Below, in pieces: positions 52,570 through 64,000 of a stretch of DNA of 64,000 nt. Every line of letters starts with the position of its first letter. Within the stretch, counting starts at the first letter, position 1. This stretch comes from Lama glama (taxonomy: Eukaryota), in contig CM052817.1 in assembly GCA_028534125.1 (NCBI GenBank), positions 50,470,001-50,534,000 on the forward strand, read 5' to 3'. A program made the translations under genes and the position numbers. The notes beneath the pieces are model-generated. The model had not been told where the DNA came from. It made no database searches and worked only from the letters and a program-made list of their open reading frames with translations.

Positions 52570-53700
52570 ACTATTATAAGTGGTCCACACTCCTGTACTT
52601 AGGTTTTGACCATTATCAGTTCTTAACTCAATCTTTGAGTGGTCTTTCAAGTGACTTTCCTATCTTTAATTTTGTCTTTCCCAATCTTACTTCCATACTG
52701 CAAATATATCAGAGTCATCTTTGTAAAACTAAGTCTTACTATTCTAGATATCCATTGCTACTGTAAACCACCTCAAAATTCAAGGACTTAAAATCAGTAA
52801 TAATTTACTTAGTTCATCGATCTGCAATTTCATCAGATTGGAGAGAAGGGCCCATCTCTGCTTCATACAGTGGATAGACTGGATAATAACTTCCATGATG
52901 GCTCATTTGCACGGCCGGCAATTTAGTTATAGTTGGAAGCTCGGTTGAGGGTCAAGGACTTTATTTTCCATGTGAGCCTTTCTGGGCTGCTTGGAGTTTC
53001 TTCAGGATGGGGGGCTGGTTTCTAAGAACATCTCTCCCTAGAGACAGGAAGTAGACATTACCTGGAAAGGGAAATTCCTGGAAATTGGCAGAGCCTCACT
53101 TCTGCTGCATGCTAGTGGTCAAGCAGTAGTAGAACCTTGACTCAGTGGGGATAATGTCAAAGAATTGGGGGCCATATTTTAAAATATTACACTCAACATG
53201 TCACTCCTTTGCTTAACTTTCAGCAATGTCTCCCCTTCTTATTTTGTGTAAGTATTTATTTTGACCAATCAGACAAGCATATTTCTTCATGATCTTTAAA
53301 CAGTTTACCTCTTCAGCCTCATGTTTTGTACTTATACTCTTTTTTTCATTCTTATCTGTATCTGGTGCTTGACTTAGTACAGTTGTCGTTCCTTTACACT
53401 GAGCTGGCCTATCATTGCCTCTTTAACTCATACTCACTCCTCAGAGCTCAGCTCAGATACCTATTTTTCGGGAAGCATTTTCATGACCTCTGCCTCTGCT
53501 CTGCCCACCCTATCCCTCTGAGTCTGGAATAGATCACTCTCTTATGGATCCTTGTGTATGTAAGTCAGTAATACATTTTTATTATATTGTACTTCTTTGC
53601 TTACTTGGCCGTATTAATAGATGTGTGTGCTTCATAAAAACAGGTATTATTTTCTTATTTGTCATTGTATCCTCAAAGTTTATTGAATGAATAAATGGAA
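52570..53700 (+). mobile_element. L2 interrupted by an MLT1F/G/H-type LTR (~52745-53190)
   Basis: L2 3' end 'tttattgaatgaataaatg'; LTR-like 'aaaccacctcaaaatt...ttccatgatggctcattt...cagagcctcacttctgctgcat'. Confidence 0.65.
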
Positions 53701-53924
53701 AAACCTGACACTTTACACTATATACCATAGAATGTAGAAATTACATATTTACACATATACAAGATTGTTAATTTTATATTAGGCATGTACTTTGGAGACC
53801 TTCCATAGTTGAAAACATAAATTATTCAAAACTTAATTTTCAAATAAAAATTAATATGAACTTGGGTTGATGTAGTCTCAGAGTGCATAAATATACAGCT
53901 ATGGTAGCAAGTTTACTTAAATAC

Positions 53925-55009
53925 CTTTTTTAAATTAAAAAAATAGTTGATTTACAATGTTGTATTAGTTTCTGGTGTACAACATAGTGATTCGGTTACA
54001 TTTTTATATACATATTCTTTTTCATATTCTTTTTTCATTATACATTATTACAAGCTAATTGAATATGTTCCTTGTGCTATAGACTAAGACCTTGTTGTTT
54101 ATGTATTTTATATGTAGTACTTTCTATCTGCTAATCCCAAACTTCCAACTTTTTCCTCCCCACCCCATTTCCCCTCTGGTAACCATAAGTGTGTTTTCTA
54201 TGTCTGTGAGTCTGTTTCTGTTTTGTAAGTAAGTTCATTTGGGGCCCCCTTTTTTTTTTTAAAGATTCCACATATAAATGATATCATAAGGTATTTTTCT
54301 TTCTCTTTCTGGCATGTTGCTACAAATAGCATTATTTTATTCCTTTTTATGGCTGATAATATTCAATTGTGCATGTGTGTGCGCGCACACTCACACCACA
54401 ACTTCTTTATCCAGTCATCTGCTGATGGACATTTAGGTTGTTTCCATGTCTTAGCTATTATATATAGTGTTGCTATGAACATTGGGGTGCACGTATCTTT
54501 TCGAATTAGAGTTCCCTCCTATATATGGCCAGGAGTGGGATTGTTGCATCATATAGTAAGTCTGTTTTTAGTCTTTTGAGGAATCTTTGTACTGTTTTCC
54601 ATAATGGCTGCATCAAACTACATTCCCATCAGCAGTGTAGGAAGGTTCCCTTTTCTCCACACCATCTCCAGCATTTATCATTCATGGACTTTTTAATAAC
54701 GGCCCTCCTGGCTGGTGTAAGGTGATACCTCATTGTAGTTTTGACTTGTATTTCTCTGATAATTAGCAATCCTGAGCATCCTTTCATGTGTCTATTGACC
54801 ATCTGTAGATCTTCATTGGAGAAATTAGGTCTTCTACCCATTTTTTGATTGGATTGTTTGGTTTTTTGATACTGAGTTGTTTGAGCTGTTTGTATATTCT
54901 GGAAGTTAAGCCCTTGTCAGTTGCATCATTTGTAAATATTTTCTCCCATTCCATAGGTTTTCTTTTTGTTTTGCTTATAGTTTCCTTTGCTGTGCAAAAG
55001 CTTTTAAGT
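53925..55009 (-). mobile_element. 5'-truncated L1 (ORF2 C-terminus and 3' UTR)
   Basis: T-rich tail at 53925; [14 protein letters not shown] and [13 protein letters not shown] on minus; TSD-like cttaaatacctttt (~53915) and cttaaaaactttt (~55010). Confidence 0.93.
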
Positions 55010-55308
55010 CTTAAAAACTTTTTAAATGTTCTGATCATTATCTCTAATATTTTATTAAGTTCTTTCTCCTAAGTGAACAGCAAAGTTTCTTTTTTTTCCC
55101 CTGCCTTGTGTTTTATCATATTCAACATGTAGTACAATATTATTGATTGTGGGATACATTTTTCACACTAACTGTAGTATTAGCAAGAATGCTTCATGAA
55201 TGCTTTAAAGATATAATTATAGGATGTAAAGAGATTTTCAGTTATCATATTCATGACTGTTAAAAAAGCACAAAAGTCACTAAAATCATTTGTATAAGTT
55301 CCAGTGTA

Positions 55309-55936
55309 CAGTTGACTGTCATTATTCACAGATTCTGTGTTTAGAATTCTCCTCCTGTCTGTAACCCTAGAATCAGTACTTGTAAAGGTGGGGCTTTCCC
55401 TGATTATTTATAGACATTTGCATGCATACAGTAGCAAAAAACCCCATTCGCCCAATGGCATGCATTCCAGCTGAAGTCAAACAAGGGATGCTCTGCCTTC
55501 TGATTTCAGCTCTCACACTGCAAACAACTGTCCTTCTGTGGTCTACTTAGTACCACCTTTTTACATTTTGTGTTTTTGTTGGTGATTTTGCTGTTTCAAA
55601 TAGTACTGAAGTGTTGTTTAGTGTCCCTAAGCATAAGAAAACTGTGATGTGTCCTGCAGAGAAAATACATAGATAAGTTTTGTTCAGGCGTGAGTTATAG
55701 TGCTGCTGGCCATGAGCTCAAAATTAATGAATCAACAATATATATTAAATAAGGTGTCATTACACAGCAATACTTAGAAAGCAAGGTTATGTATTGTTTG
55801 GTTGACGAAATGTTGTGACCAGAGGGTCACAGAATCCTGACTCTATATTTCCGTTGTGGGTAATGATTCCAATATTTGCTAATTGAGTGTGGAGACATTA
55901 TTAAATATTACTACAACAAATAATAATAATCTATTG
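55309..55936 (+). mobile_element. MER82 (TcMar-Tigger) non-autonomous DNA transposon
   Basis: TA|CAGTTGA start and ctattg|TA end; interior 'ccagctgaagtcaaacaagg...gctctgccttc', 'tgaatcaacaatatatattaaataaggtgtc'. Confidence 0.9.
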
Positions 55937-58630
55937 TATAACCAAAATATAGGTCATGGGATGCTGACAATGGATGAGATTATTTATGTTTAATCTATAA
56001 AATGCTTTGGCAAATTGCTACAGTTAAAACATGGTTTACCTATCAGTTGGCCTGCAAGTTTTAAAATGAATACTTGAAGATAGTTCTGTGAAGCAGTTCA
56101 CAGTGCTTCACATTTTGTACGTACAGCAAGTTTATTAATATTACACATTATTTGTTTCAGTAACAGCATGTGATTAAAATACAGAAAATACAACTAACAA
56201 ATATTTTTAAGTTCAGACAGTTTTATTAATTAAAACTATTTGTTGTACTTCCAAAAAACTATGATTTTCCCAGTAAGGGCTATTTGAAGAAGGCTTTCTA
56301 TATTCTTTGATGTTAACAGATATTTGCTAAATGGAGTTGATAGTTGGTGTGTATTTAAAAATTTTAAATGTAGCTTATTTCTTAAAGTAATATCTGCAAT
56401 AATACAAACTGAACATGGAATCTAATGAAGTGTTAAATCTGATTTGTTATGAGTAAAAGTGCTAGAATATTACATTTTGCATGCATTATGCTACTAAAAT
56501 GCTGTAGGGGTAATTTGGGGTTACCAATGGTATTGTGTGACCCTTAACATGCTGGAATTTGGTTATATGTGGGTGTGCTTGACAGACATGTGGCCTACCG
56601 ACAGTACATCACAGAGACAGAGATATTAAAAAATATCATATATCACTAGCTTATATTGATTCTGGCAAATCATAATAAAATTTCTGATTGGTATTTCCCT
56701 TAATACCTTTGAGCTTTATAAGAGAAATGTTGCTCTGTAAAAGATACGATTAGTGTATCTCTACTCTGAGACTCAGGCTGGAAATGGTAAGGTAGGTTTT
56801 GTGGGAATTGAAATTTACTGCCACTGCACTGCTGCAAAAAGATACCTTTCTGTCCCTTTCATAATAATGTTACAGTGAATTCAGTATATCAGTTCAAATA
56901 TTTGATGTTTCACTGGAATTTTTTCTAAAATCCCTTTGAGATATAGTTCAGGAAGACATTACTACTTAATAGCAAGGCAATGATGATTAAGTTTGGATTG
57001 GGAAAACTTTGAAAAATATACTTAGGTGCTATAAATATTAAAATACAACAATTAAAATTATTAGGAATACTGTATTTGGAACTCTTTCAAAGTCTTAAAA
57101 AAGACTAATTTTGAAGAACTCTGATGATTATTTTTACAATCAGTTAAATCTAAGAAAGATGTCAAAACTTATGAAAAATTGTTTCCTAATGTATTCCAGG
57201 GTAGTTGGTCTAATCTTGTAAGTTCCAGTTTATCCTGGGATGCCTCTGTAGGGTGTGCCACTCAAGTTCCTTTTACAGTAAACCATAATGAATATACCCC
57301 AGTACTTCATCTCTGTTAAGCCATAAAATACACCCCACAGGAATTACATTAACGCTGTCTACAGGCATACTTAAACGTACCATTAAACAGAAACGTGGAA
57401 ATTTACCCAGGCCTGACTCCCGTTTAATATATTTAAGTAATGAAAAGATTCCCTGACTTACAGGAAAAGGGCTAACTTCTCTTCGAAGTATAGAGGGGGA
57501 AAAACAACAAAGTAACAGAACATACTAAATAAATTTTCTGGTGAATGTAGTAGAAATTTATTTTGGTAAACATAAGTGCATTAATTTGGGAAACATGTTA
57601 TTGGTATCAGAAAATGCCAGACAAGATCTGTAGTTTCTAGACCTTTAAAATACTGTAAGGCAGAAGCTTGTGCCCCTTTATCAATTTCCTTCTCCTCAAG
57701 ACTGTAAACAAAAGAGTAATAAATCTATAATTTTTCCAGATAAAAGAAAGTATCTCCTAACCAGCCAAGCACAATGGGTATAATAAAATCATGGAATTAG
57801 TCTGGCTTTCATCTGATAAAATACTTCAGAAAGGCCAGTGATGCTTTTAATGAGTGGCCTTGAGCAATTCATTTAACATGTTTCAGCCTCCATTTTACTC
57901 TTTTCTAATCTAAAAGATTAAGATGCATCTACTTCCCAGCAGTGTTGAGGCTTAATTTCATTTGATTCAAAAGCCTTTGGGCTTTTTCCATGATCATCTG
58001 TGTTTGGTTTCGGAAAGTTCTAAACTGTCAAAATTAGTCACACAAAAGTGATGTCGCAGAGTATCTCCTTTGCTAAAAGCTCTGATTCCTGTATTTTAAA
58101 CTTGATGCTGTAATAGGTACTCTAAATACTTCAGTAATAAATACATATGTCACATACCTCTTTTGATAGAGGCTGCCCTGGGAAACACTTCATGACTAAT
58201 GTGGTTTTCTTCACCATCTTGAATTGCAATTCAACACACAATGAGGAAAACATCAATGATTCAATTCCCTTTTGTCAAAGCCCTTGGGCATTACCTGTGA
58301 AGAACAAATTCTCAAATATACTTGACCTCATGTAAGAGAATGTGTAATGTGTGGTATCATTTCTAAACATAGTTTTCATTTAACTTCATTATAGTGACTA
58401 AGTGTGACATGTATAATCAATATCGTCAGACAACAGGGCAAAAAAAGCACTATTGTACAGACATTATAAATACAGAAAACTGTTAGACTAAGAAAAAATA
58501 TGCATATTCTTTTTAATCAGCAATGGTCTGTCTATGCAAACAACAGTGGATTACATATTAATTTACTTCACTGAAGCTGAAAATATACAGTACAAGTAGA
58601 TTACAAATGCATTTCTCCTAAATTGTTTTG

Positions 58631-58862
58631 TGTTATGGAGTGAATGTTTGTGCCCTCTACCCCCAGTTTATATGTTGAAGCCCTAAACCTGAATGTAATG
58701 GTACTTGGAGACAGGGCCTTTGGGAGATAATTAGGATTAGATGAGATCATGAAGGTGGAGCACCCTTGGTGAGTTTAGAGGTCATATGAGCAGACAGTGA
58801 GATGGCAGCTGTCCACAAGTCAAGAGGAGACCTCAGAATGAACCCACCTTAACAGCACCTTC
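58631..58862 (+). mobile_element. MaLR LTR fragment (MLT1A0-like)
   Basis: TGTTATGGAGTGAATGTTTGTG start; 'atatgttgaagccctaa', 'gggcctttgggagataattagg'. Confidence 0.88.
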
Positions 58863-59439
58863 CAATGGACATATAAATTGACAGAGTTGAACTAATTCTA
58901 ATTCTGCATTTCCTCTTTAAAATCACTATGCTATCATTTTTTAAAACTAGTGTGTAAATATAGGAATAGGTCACATCACAAGGGTTGGAGACATAACCTA
59001 TGCCTGAATTGAGCTCAGTGATTTGAAATTACTAGGTAGTGAGTCTCTAAATAAATGCTCATAACTGAGTCCATGTGTGTTGGAGGCCGGCTATATAACT
59101 AGGAGCTTGAGAAATTAACTTGATGTAGAAGGAATGTTTCTTAAAGAACAAAATGGCTTTTAAATCCTTAACTTGGCATTTAAATTATTAAATCTCAATG
59201 GTAATCACAGCAATTGTTTAGAACATAAACTAAGAAAAGATTTTTGTGGAGGAGCATTTAGAATTGATGGTGCAGTGATACAAGAAGATAAATTTTAATA
59301 GGTTTTATAATTGTTTTAAAATTTTCTACATGCAGTAGACCCCTTTCATGCTTACATTTGGTTGCTTACACTTGGTTCTCAAGGGTTTTTTATTATAATT
59401 AGATAATTTAAATAAGAATATAGGACAGTGCCAGATGCC

Positions 59440-59850
59440 TCTAATAAATGTCAGCTGTCACTATTACAGTGTGATAATTAAAATAATATTATTTAAAAGA
59501 ACATTCTTGTAGAAAACATTTTCTGCATCTGTAATTTTTCTTTTTGATAAATTTCTAAAAATAAATTTTGGTGCATGAAATTTCCCTAGAAAAGTAGCAA
59601 CATTCCCCCCCCAAAAATAGATGCTCACCAATAGTGGAAATTATCCTTGAATAATGTTTGCTAACATTGCAGGTGAAAACTGGCATTTCATTTGATTGAT
59701 CTTTTTTTCTTTTTGATCACTGATGAGATTTTAAACTATATATTTATTGTCCTGTCTTATTACTTATTTTGAAAATTTATTTTTCATGGCTTTGCCAACT
59801 CTTCAATTTGGATACTATTCTTTTATCATGTATTTTGTGGAGTGATTAGT
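59440..59850 (-). mobile_element. Old L1ME fragment
   Basis: 'ttttgctaacattgcaggtgaaaactggcatttcatttg...tgatcactgatgag'-like ORF2 3' antisense pattern. Confidence 0.5.
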
Positions 59851-61369
59851 TTGTAGTGATCTTTGTTAGGAATAGTAACAACTGGCTTGTTTTTTGGGCC
59901 AATAATGGAATTTTTAAAGAAGACTTTGCTCTTTGAGTCTGAATTGAAGTGGTTATAAAATGTGGTTCAATTACAATCTACAGTAAAAATGTATTTGTAA
60001 TAATTATACATATATATGAGACTTGCTTAGAAAATGACTGCAGATAACAAGTTAGCTAAAATTTGTCCCCAAAGAGTTACTGTAATAGCATTTATTATAG
60101 TAGTGTTATAATAAAGAGCTTCATAGGTGATGGTAAAGACTTCAGTTTTGTGTTGGATAAGATGAACGAATATAAAGAAGGAACTTGATCTAGTTGACAT
60201 CTAGCAGATAAGCTCTAGAGTAATAATGGTTAAGTGAGTGGAAAAACTTCAATAATGCATCAGATAGAGAATAGGCCCATAAATGCCCCTGACATCTGGG
60301 CAACTTGTAGTATTTTGTCATATCTTACTTTCCGCCTTCAGTTGTAATTACTTGTTTTTTATGTCTGTCTCTTCCTTATCTCTGAGTTATTACTATTTAT
60401 TCCACATTTCTGAATTGAAATTTCCCCAAGAGCTATCATACAATAATTGATCAATAATGTAGAAAAGTTGAGTAAGGAATCTAATCCCAGATCCACTGCT
60501 CTTCCAAATGAACCTGTTGCTTTCTATGATTACAAGGGTGTTGGGTGTTCTTTTGCTGGTCTAGGGTTCAGAGGTGATGGGAGCAGCAAAGAAAAGTCAC
60601 AGCAACATCAGTTTGGTCATGGATGATGCCTAATGGTGTGTTAAAACTCAGCAATGAAGAATAACTTGCTGACATGATGCCTCCTGAAGGGACACACAAA
60701 TGCTGACTTCTCTGTTTTTTTAATTGGTCAGTTGTGTCCTATAAAATTTGGCATGAGAAATACTTTGCCCTTTCAGGTTGCTCTGGACATAAAATTCCTA
60801 AACAAGCAAAATTCAGATTGCTCATGGGTGACTGAATGCATCCCTTCCCTTTAGGGGAATGATACACTTTCCTTTTTGGAGCTATGTTTAATGTTCTGTT
60901 TGGTAAACATGTACCAAGGTGATTATTTGGTCAATGAGACTGATGAGATTACTGCTTTGCATATAAGAAAGTGAATGGCTGGATAATCTGAGACGCAGGG
61001 AACATGAAGAGGGGAGAAGTGATGACCCACAAGATCTAAAAGAAATATTTTCACTGAGAAAATGAAAATATCTAGGGGCCAGTGTTAAAAATAAATAAAT
61101 GAATAAAGGCAGCCAGCCTGGAGACAGAAGAAAACCTCAGATTTTAAGAAGGCTGAGGAAGTCATTTTGCTTTAAGTGGTTGAAATGCTGTGAAACTCAG
61201 TATAAATGTATTATCATGACTGCAGTTTATATGTATTCATGCAACAGATACTAAGAGTCTAAAGTGTCAAAGCATCCTGTAGATTATAAAATGGACTCCT
61301 AATGAAATCAGATATGTTTTTCTAATATCAGGGTTAAAAATAATCTAATAGGCAAGGAAAATGAAAGGA

Positions 61370-62420
61370 ACCATTTATTGATTGATTAGCATATGGAACT
61401 TTAAGGGTTTAATGCTATTGTATTCATTTTTAAAGATAAAAACAGAGACTTAGATAAACCTGTTATGTAGTCAAGCTGCTGCTAGGAAGTAGAAGAGGAG
61501 AAAGTTTAACCCAGCATGAATTTTTAGCTAATGGTCTTAACTATTTTTCATTATTCTGTATCTTCTTGTACCAGGATTTAAATGTAATTCTTACCTCTGT
61601 TTCATGGTAGAAAAGCAGAGATAATTAACTAGAATACATGAAAATATGAAAATTACTGTGACATAAGGAAGAATATAGTCAGTTCACCCATAAGAAGAGC
61701 TAGAATGAGAGAGGGTTCCCTTTGGCCATGGCTTCATTACCAACATGGGACTTGAATCACCTTGGAGGATGAGTACAGTTACACTAGATGAAGATTGGAT
61801 ACTGGCATTTCAGGCAGAAAGACAAACAGTAAAAGCAGAGATAAAGAATATGGGGCTTATCACTGAATATCAACTAGTCTAGTTTTACTAGAGAAATGAG
61901 GTTTTAAAGAGAGAAGCAGTGAGAGGTGGCATTAGACAGGTAGACATATGTAGAGTATGCAGAACTTAAAATTTCTGGGGAGAGAGGCAAAGAGTTATTC
62001 CATGGGTATTTGAAAATTTCTGACAATTGGAATGTCATGCCCAGAAGGCTGCTTAAGAAGATTAATTTGGCAATAAAATGCGATGTAGATGAGAATTGGG
62101 AGATACCAGAGGCAGAGTTACCAAATAGACATTCTTACAAGGACACCAATTTGAGATACTTAAAATAATATTAAAAGTCCTATGGGAAAGAGAAAGTAAT
62201 TAGAATTGAAAGCCTACTATGGACCAGCGCTCTACTGGGTATCCTGGATGACTGAATACATTATATCATTTACATGTCATTATCCCTGTATTTTGTAGTG
62301 CTCTTAGAAATGGAGACAGTTATATGAGAGAAATGCTTCCTAGAGAGAGTCAACACAATTGACTATGATAGGTTATAGAAACTTACCAGAGATAATTCTG
62401 AAGCTTCAACTTTAAAGTTC
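61370..62420 (-). mobile_element. MIR and L2 fragments
   Basis: MIR-like 'attcatttttaaagataaaaacagagacttag'; L2-like 'gcatttcaggcagaaagac...gtaaaagcagag', 'aagaagattaatttggcaa'. Confidence 0.55.
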
Positions 62421-63134
62421 TAAATGGGGATAGGTCAGGGTGATTACAGTTGCAGATGATGAAACTACTCTTGGAAATTTTGAATCTGAGAGGTTAACTT
62501 CTATCTAAAGCACAGCGGCTGATTGTGATACGTGTCTAGTCAGAGAAGTTCGGGTTAGGAAGAACATTCAATCAATGGTAAAACAATAGTGATGAAAATA
62601 ATAGCACAGGCACAGTGCTAAATGCTTTATCTCATATGTCCCACTATAATCCTATGAAATATATAATATCATTTAAACATTTTTCACATATATTAGTCAA
62701 TTTAGAGAATAATAATTAGGTATTTTACCAGGAATGGATTTGATAGAATACACACTTAAAAAACTTTGGTAGGATAGGAGTAAATTCCAGAGAAGACCAC
62801 TACTGGATATGAGGAAATTAGGAATTGTTAAAATGATAGAAAAATGCTGATCATCTCTGTTGTCTGCAGTACCAAAGCATATGATTTTTCTGGACTTCTC
62901 CCAAAGCTACTAAAATCTTCATAAATACCTTCTGCTCTTGCATATACCTGTTACCATTAGAACAGAATAATGGTTTCTCCTTCTCTTGTACCTTCTAATT
63001 TTTGTACAAGTTTTGTCATTGATTGGAATGTGAACCTGACCTCTATTGGCAAATAGATCTGGGAAATGTATTTTCGAGGCTTCCAGTCACTGAGGAAAGA
63101 ATTTAGAGTTCAGTCTTGATGGAAACCATCAACA

Positions 63135-63148
63135 TACACACACACACA

Positions 63149-63182
<34 letters not shown>
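63135..63182. repeat. (CA)n microsatellite
   Basis: Directly visible, one ga interruption. Confidence 0.95.
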
Positions 63183-63185
<3 letters not shown>

Positions 63186-64000
63186 CCTAAATTTAGCAAG
63201 TTAAATGATTTGCCTAAGGGTTCTAGTTGGAAAGTCATGGAAGCAAGATTTAAGACCAAGTTTATTCAATGTCAAAATTCATGGTCTTAACTAGGAGATG
63301 ATATAGCCAGTGAACCAGGGGCAGAACAACAGAGGAGAGATGACCAGGTTGGTAAATCAATACTTTGTCTGTGACTTGAGCTAACCAATGAGTCCTCAGT
63401 AATGGGACTTTCTAACCACCCACAACAGTCCCCCTATGATAGAATCTGTTTTAAGTATCTTCCAGAGCTAGAAAGTTCAAAAGTACCCATTTAACTTAGA
63501 AAACAGTCTATCCACATTTTTACTTCCTTCCTGTGATTTGACTTTGATGGGCTCTAAAATATCACAAAGTGAATGCGGAAAGAAGTTAGTGGGGCAAGAG
63601 CTGAAACTCATTATGTCTCTTACCCTACCGCAGGCGACATCTATAGGACCAAGTGGATGGACTAAATAGAAAACTTACCCTCTGAATAAAAACTGAATCA
63701 TAGATTAACACCTGATATTAGAATTAATCAATTAGAGTTGCCTAGAAATTTCCATTATCTGAGAGTAGAAATAAAACTTATGACATTGACCCCAGTTTCC
63801 ATATTAGCCCAGGGGAAGATTCCCCCACTGAATTAAATTTAAAGAAGGAAGAGGAGGTAAAAATGCAGTTGCATTTGATCACGTTGTATATGTTGTATGG
63901 TCAAAACACTAGTTCTATCAATGTTTAGGACACTTAGACCAGAACAGAATGTAGGCACTGATTGAAAACTAAGGAAAACAAGAAGAGGAAAAATATAAGT

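Noticed and set aside
57181..57225. Plus-strand 18-nt microexon (ccAG|GGTAGTTGGTCTAATCTT|GTAAGT)
   Set aside because: Weak pyrimidine tract and no supporting context; likely chance
60760..60835. Plus-strand exon-like segment after tttgccctttcAG
   Set aside because: Weak donor and unrecognised peptide
1..64000. CRISPR array, operon, CpG-island promoter, tRNA or rRNA genes
   Set aside because: None seen; the sequence is CpG-depleted mammalian DNA with no regularly spaced repeats

Overview
Mammalian, AT-rich, CpG-poor non-coding DNA (intergenic or deep intronic) with two assembly gaps. The young L1 3' UTRs resemble camelid L1 as I recall them, and no Alu, B1, BovB, Bov-tA or PRE SINEs are visible; the camelid assignment is an inference. 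I found no intact host protein-coding gene. The window is mostly layered transposon fossils: a 4.3-kb 5'-truncated young L1 with a broken ORF2 and a target-site duplication (43.8-48.1 kb), other young and old L1/HAL1 pieces, L2, MIR, MaLR LTRs, and hAT/Tigger DNA elements. The less obvious items are: (1) a heavily decayed minus-strand Ty3/Gypsy-type provirus at about 4.6-7.8 kb, with Gag-CA, protease, RT and RNase H motifs in the right order, then a PPT and a 3' LTR; (2) an ancient U6 snRNA/L1 3'-end chimeric retrocopy at 30.69-30.87 kb; (3) a Tigger13-like element that keeps part of the DDE transposase core at 29.0-30.2 kb; (4) two candidate minus-strand exons near 57.5 and 58.2 kb. I cannot support a claim of an intact novel biological system. 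Repeat family names come from remembered consensus sequences and need RepeatMasker/Dfam confirmation.
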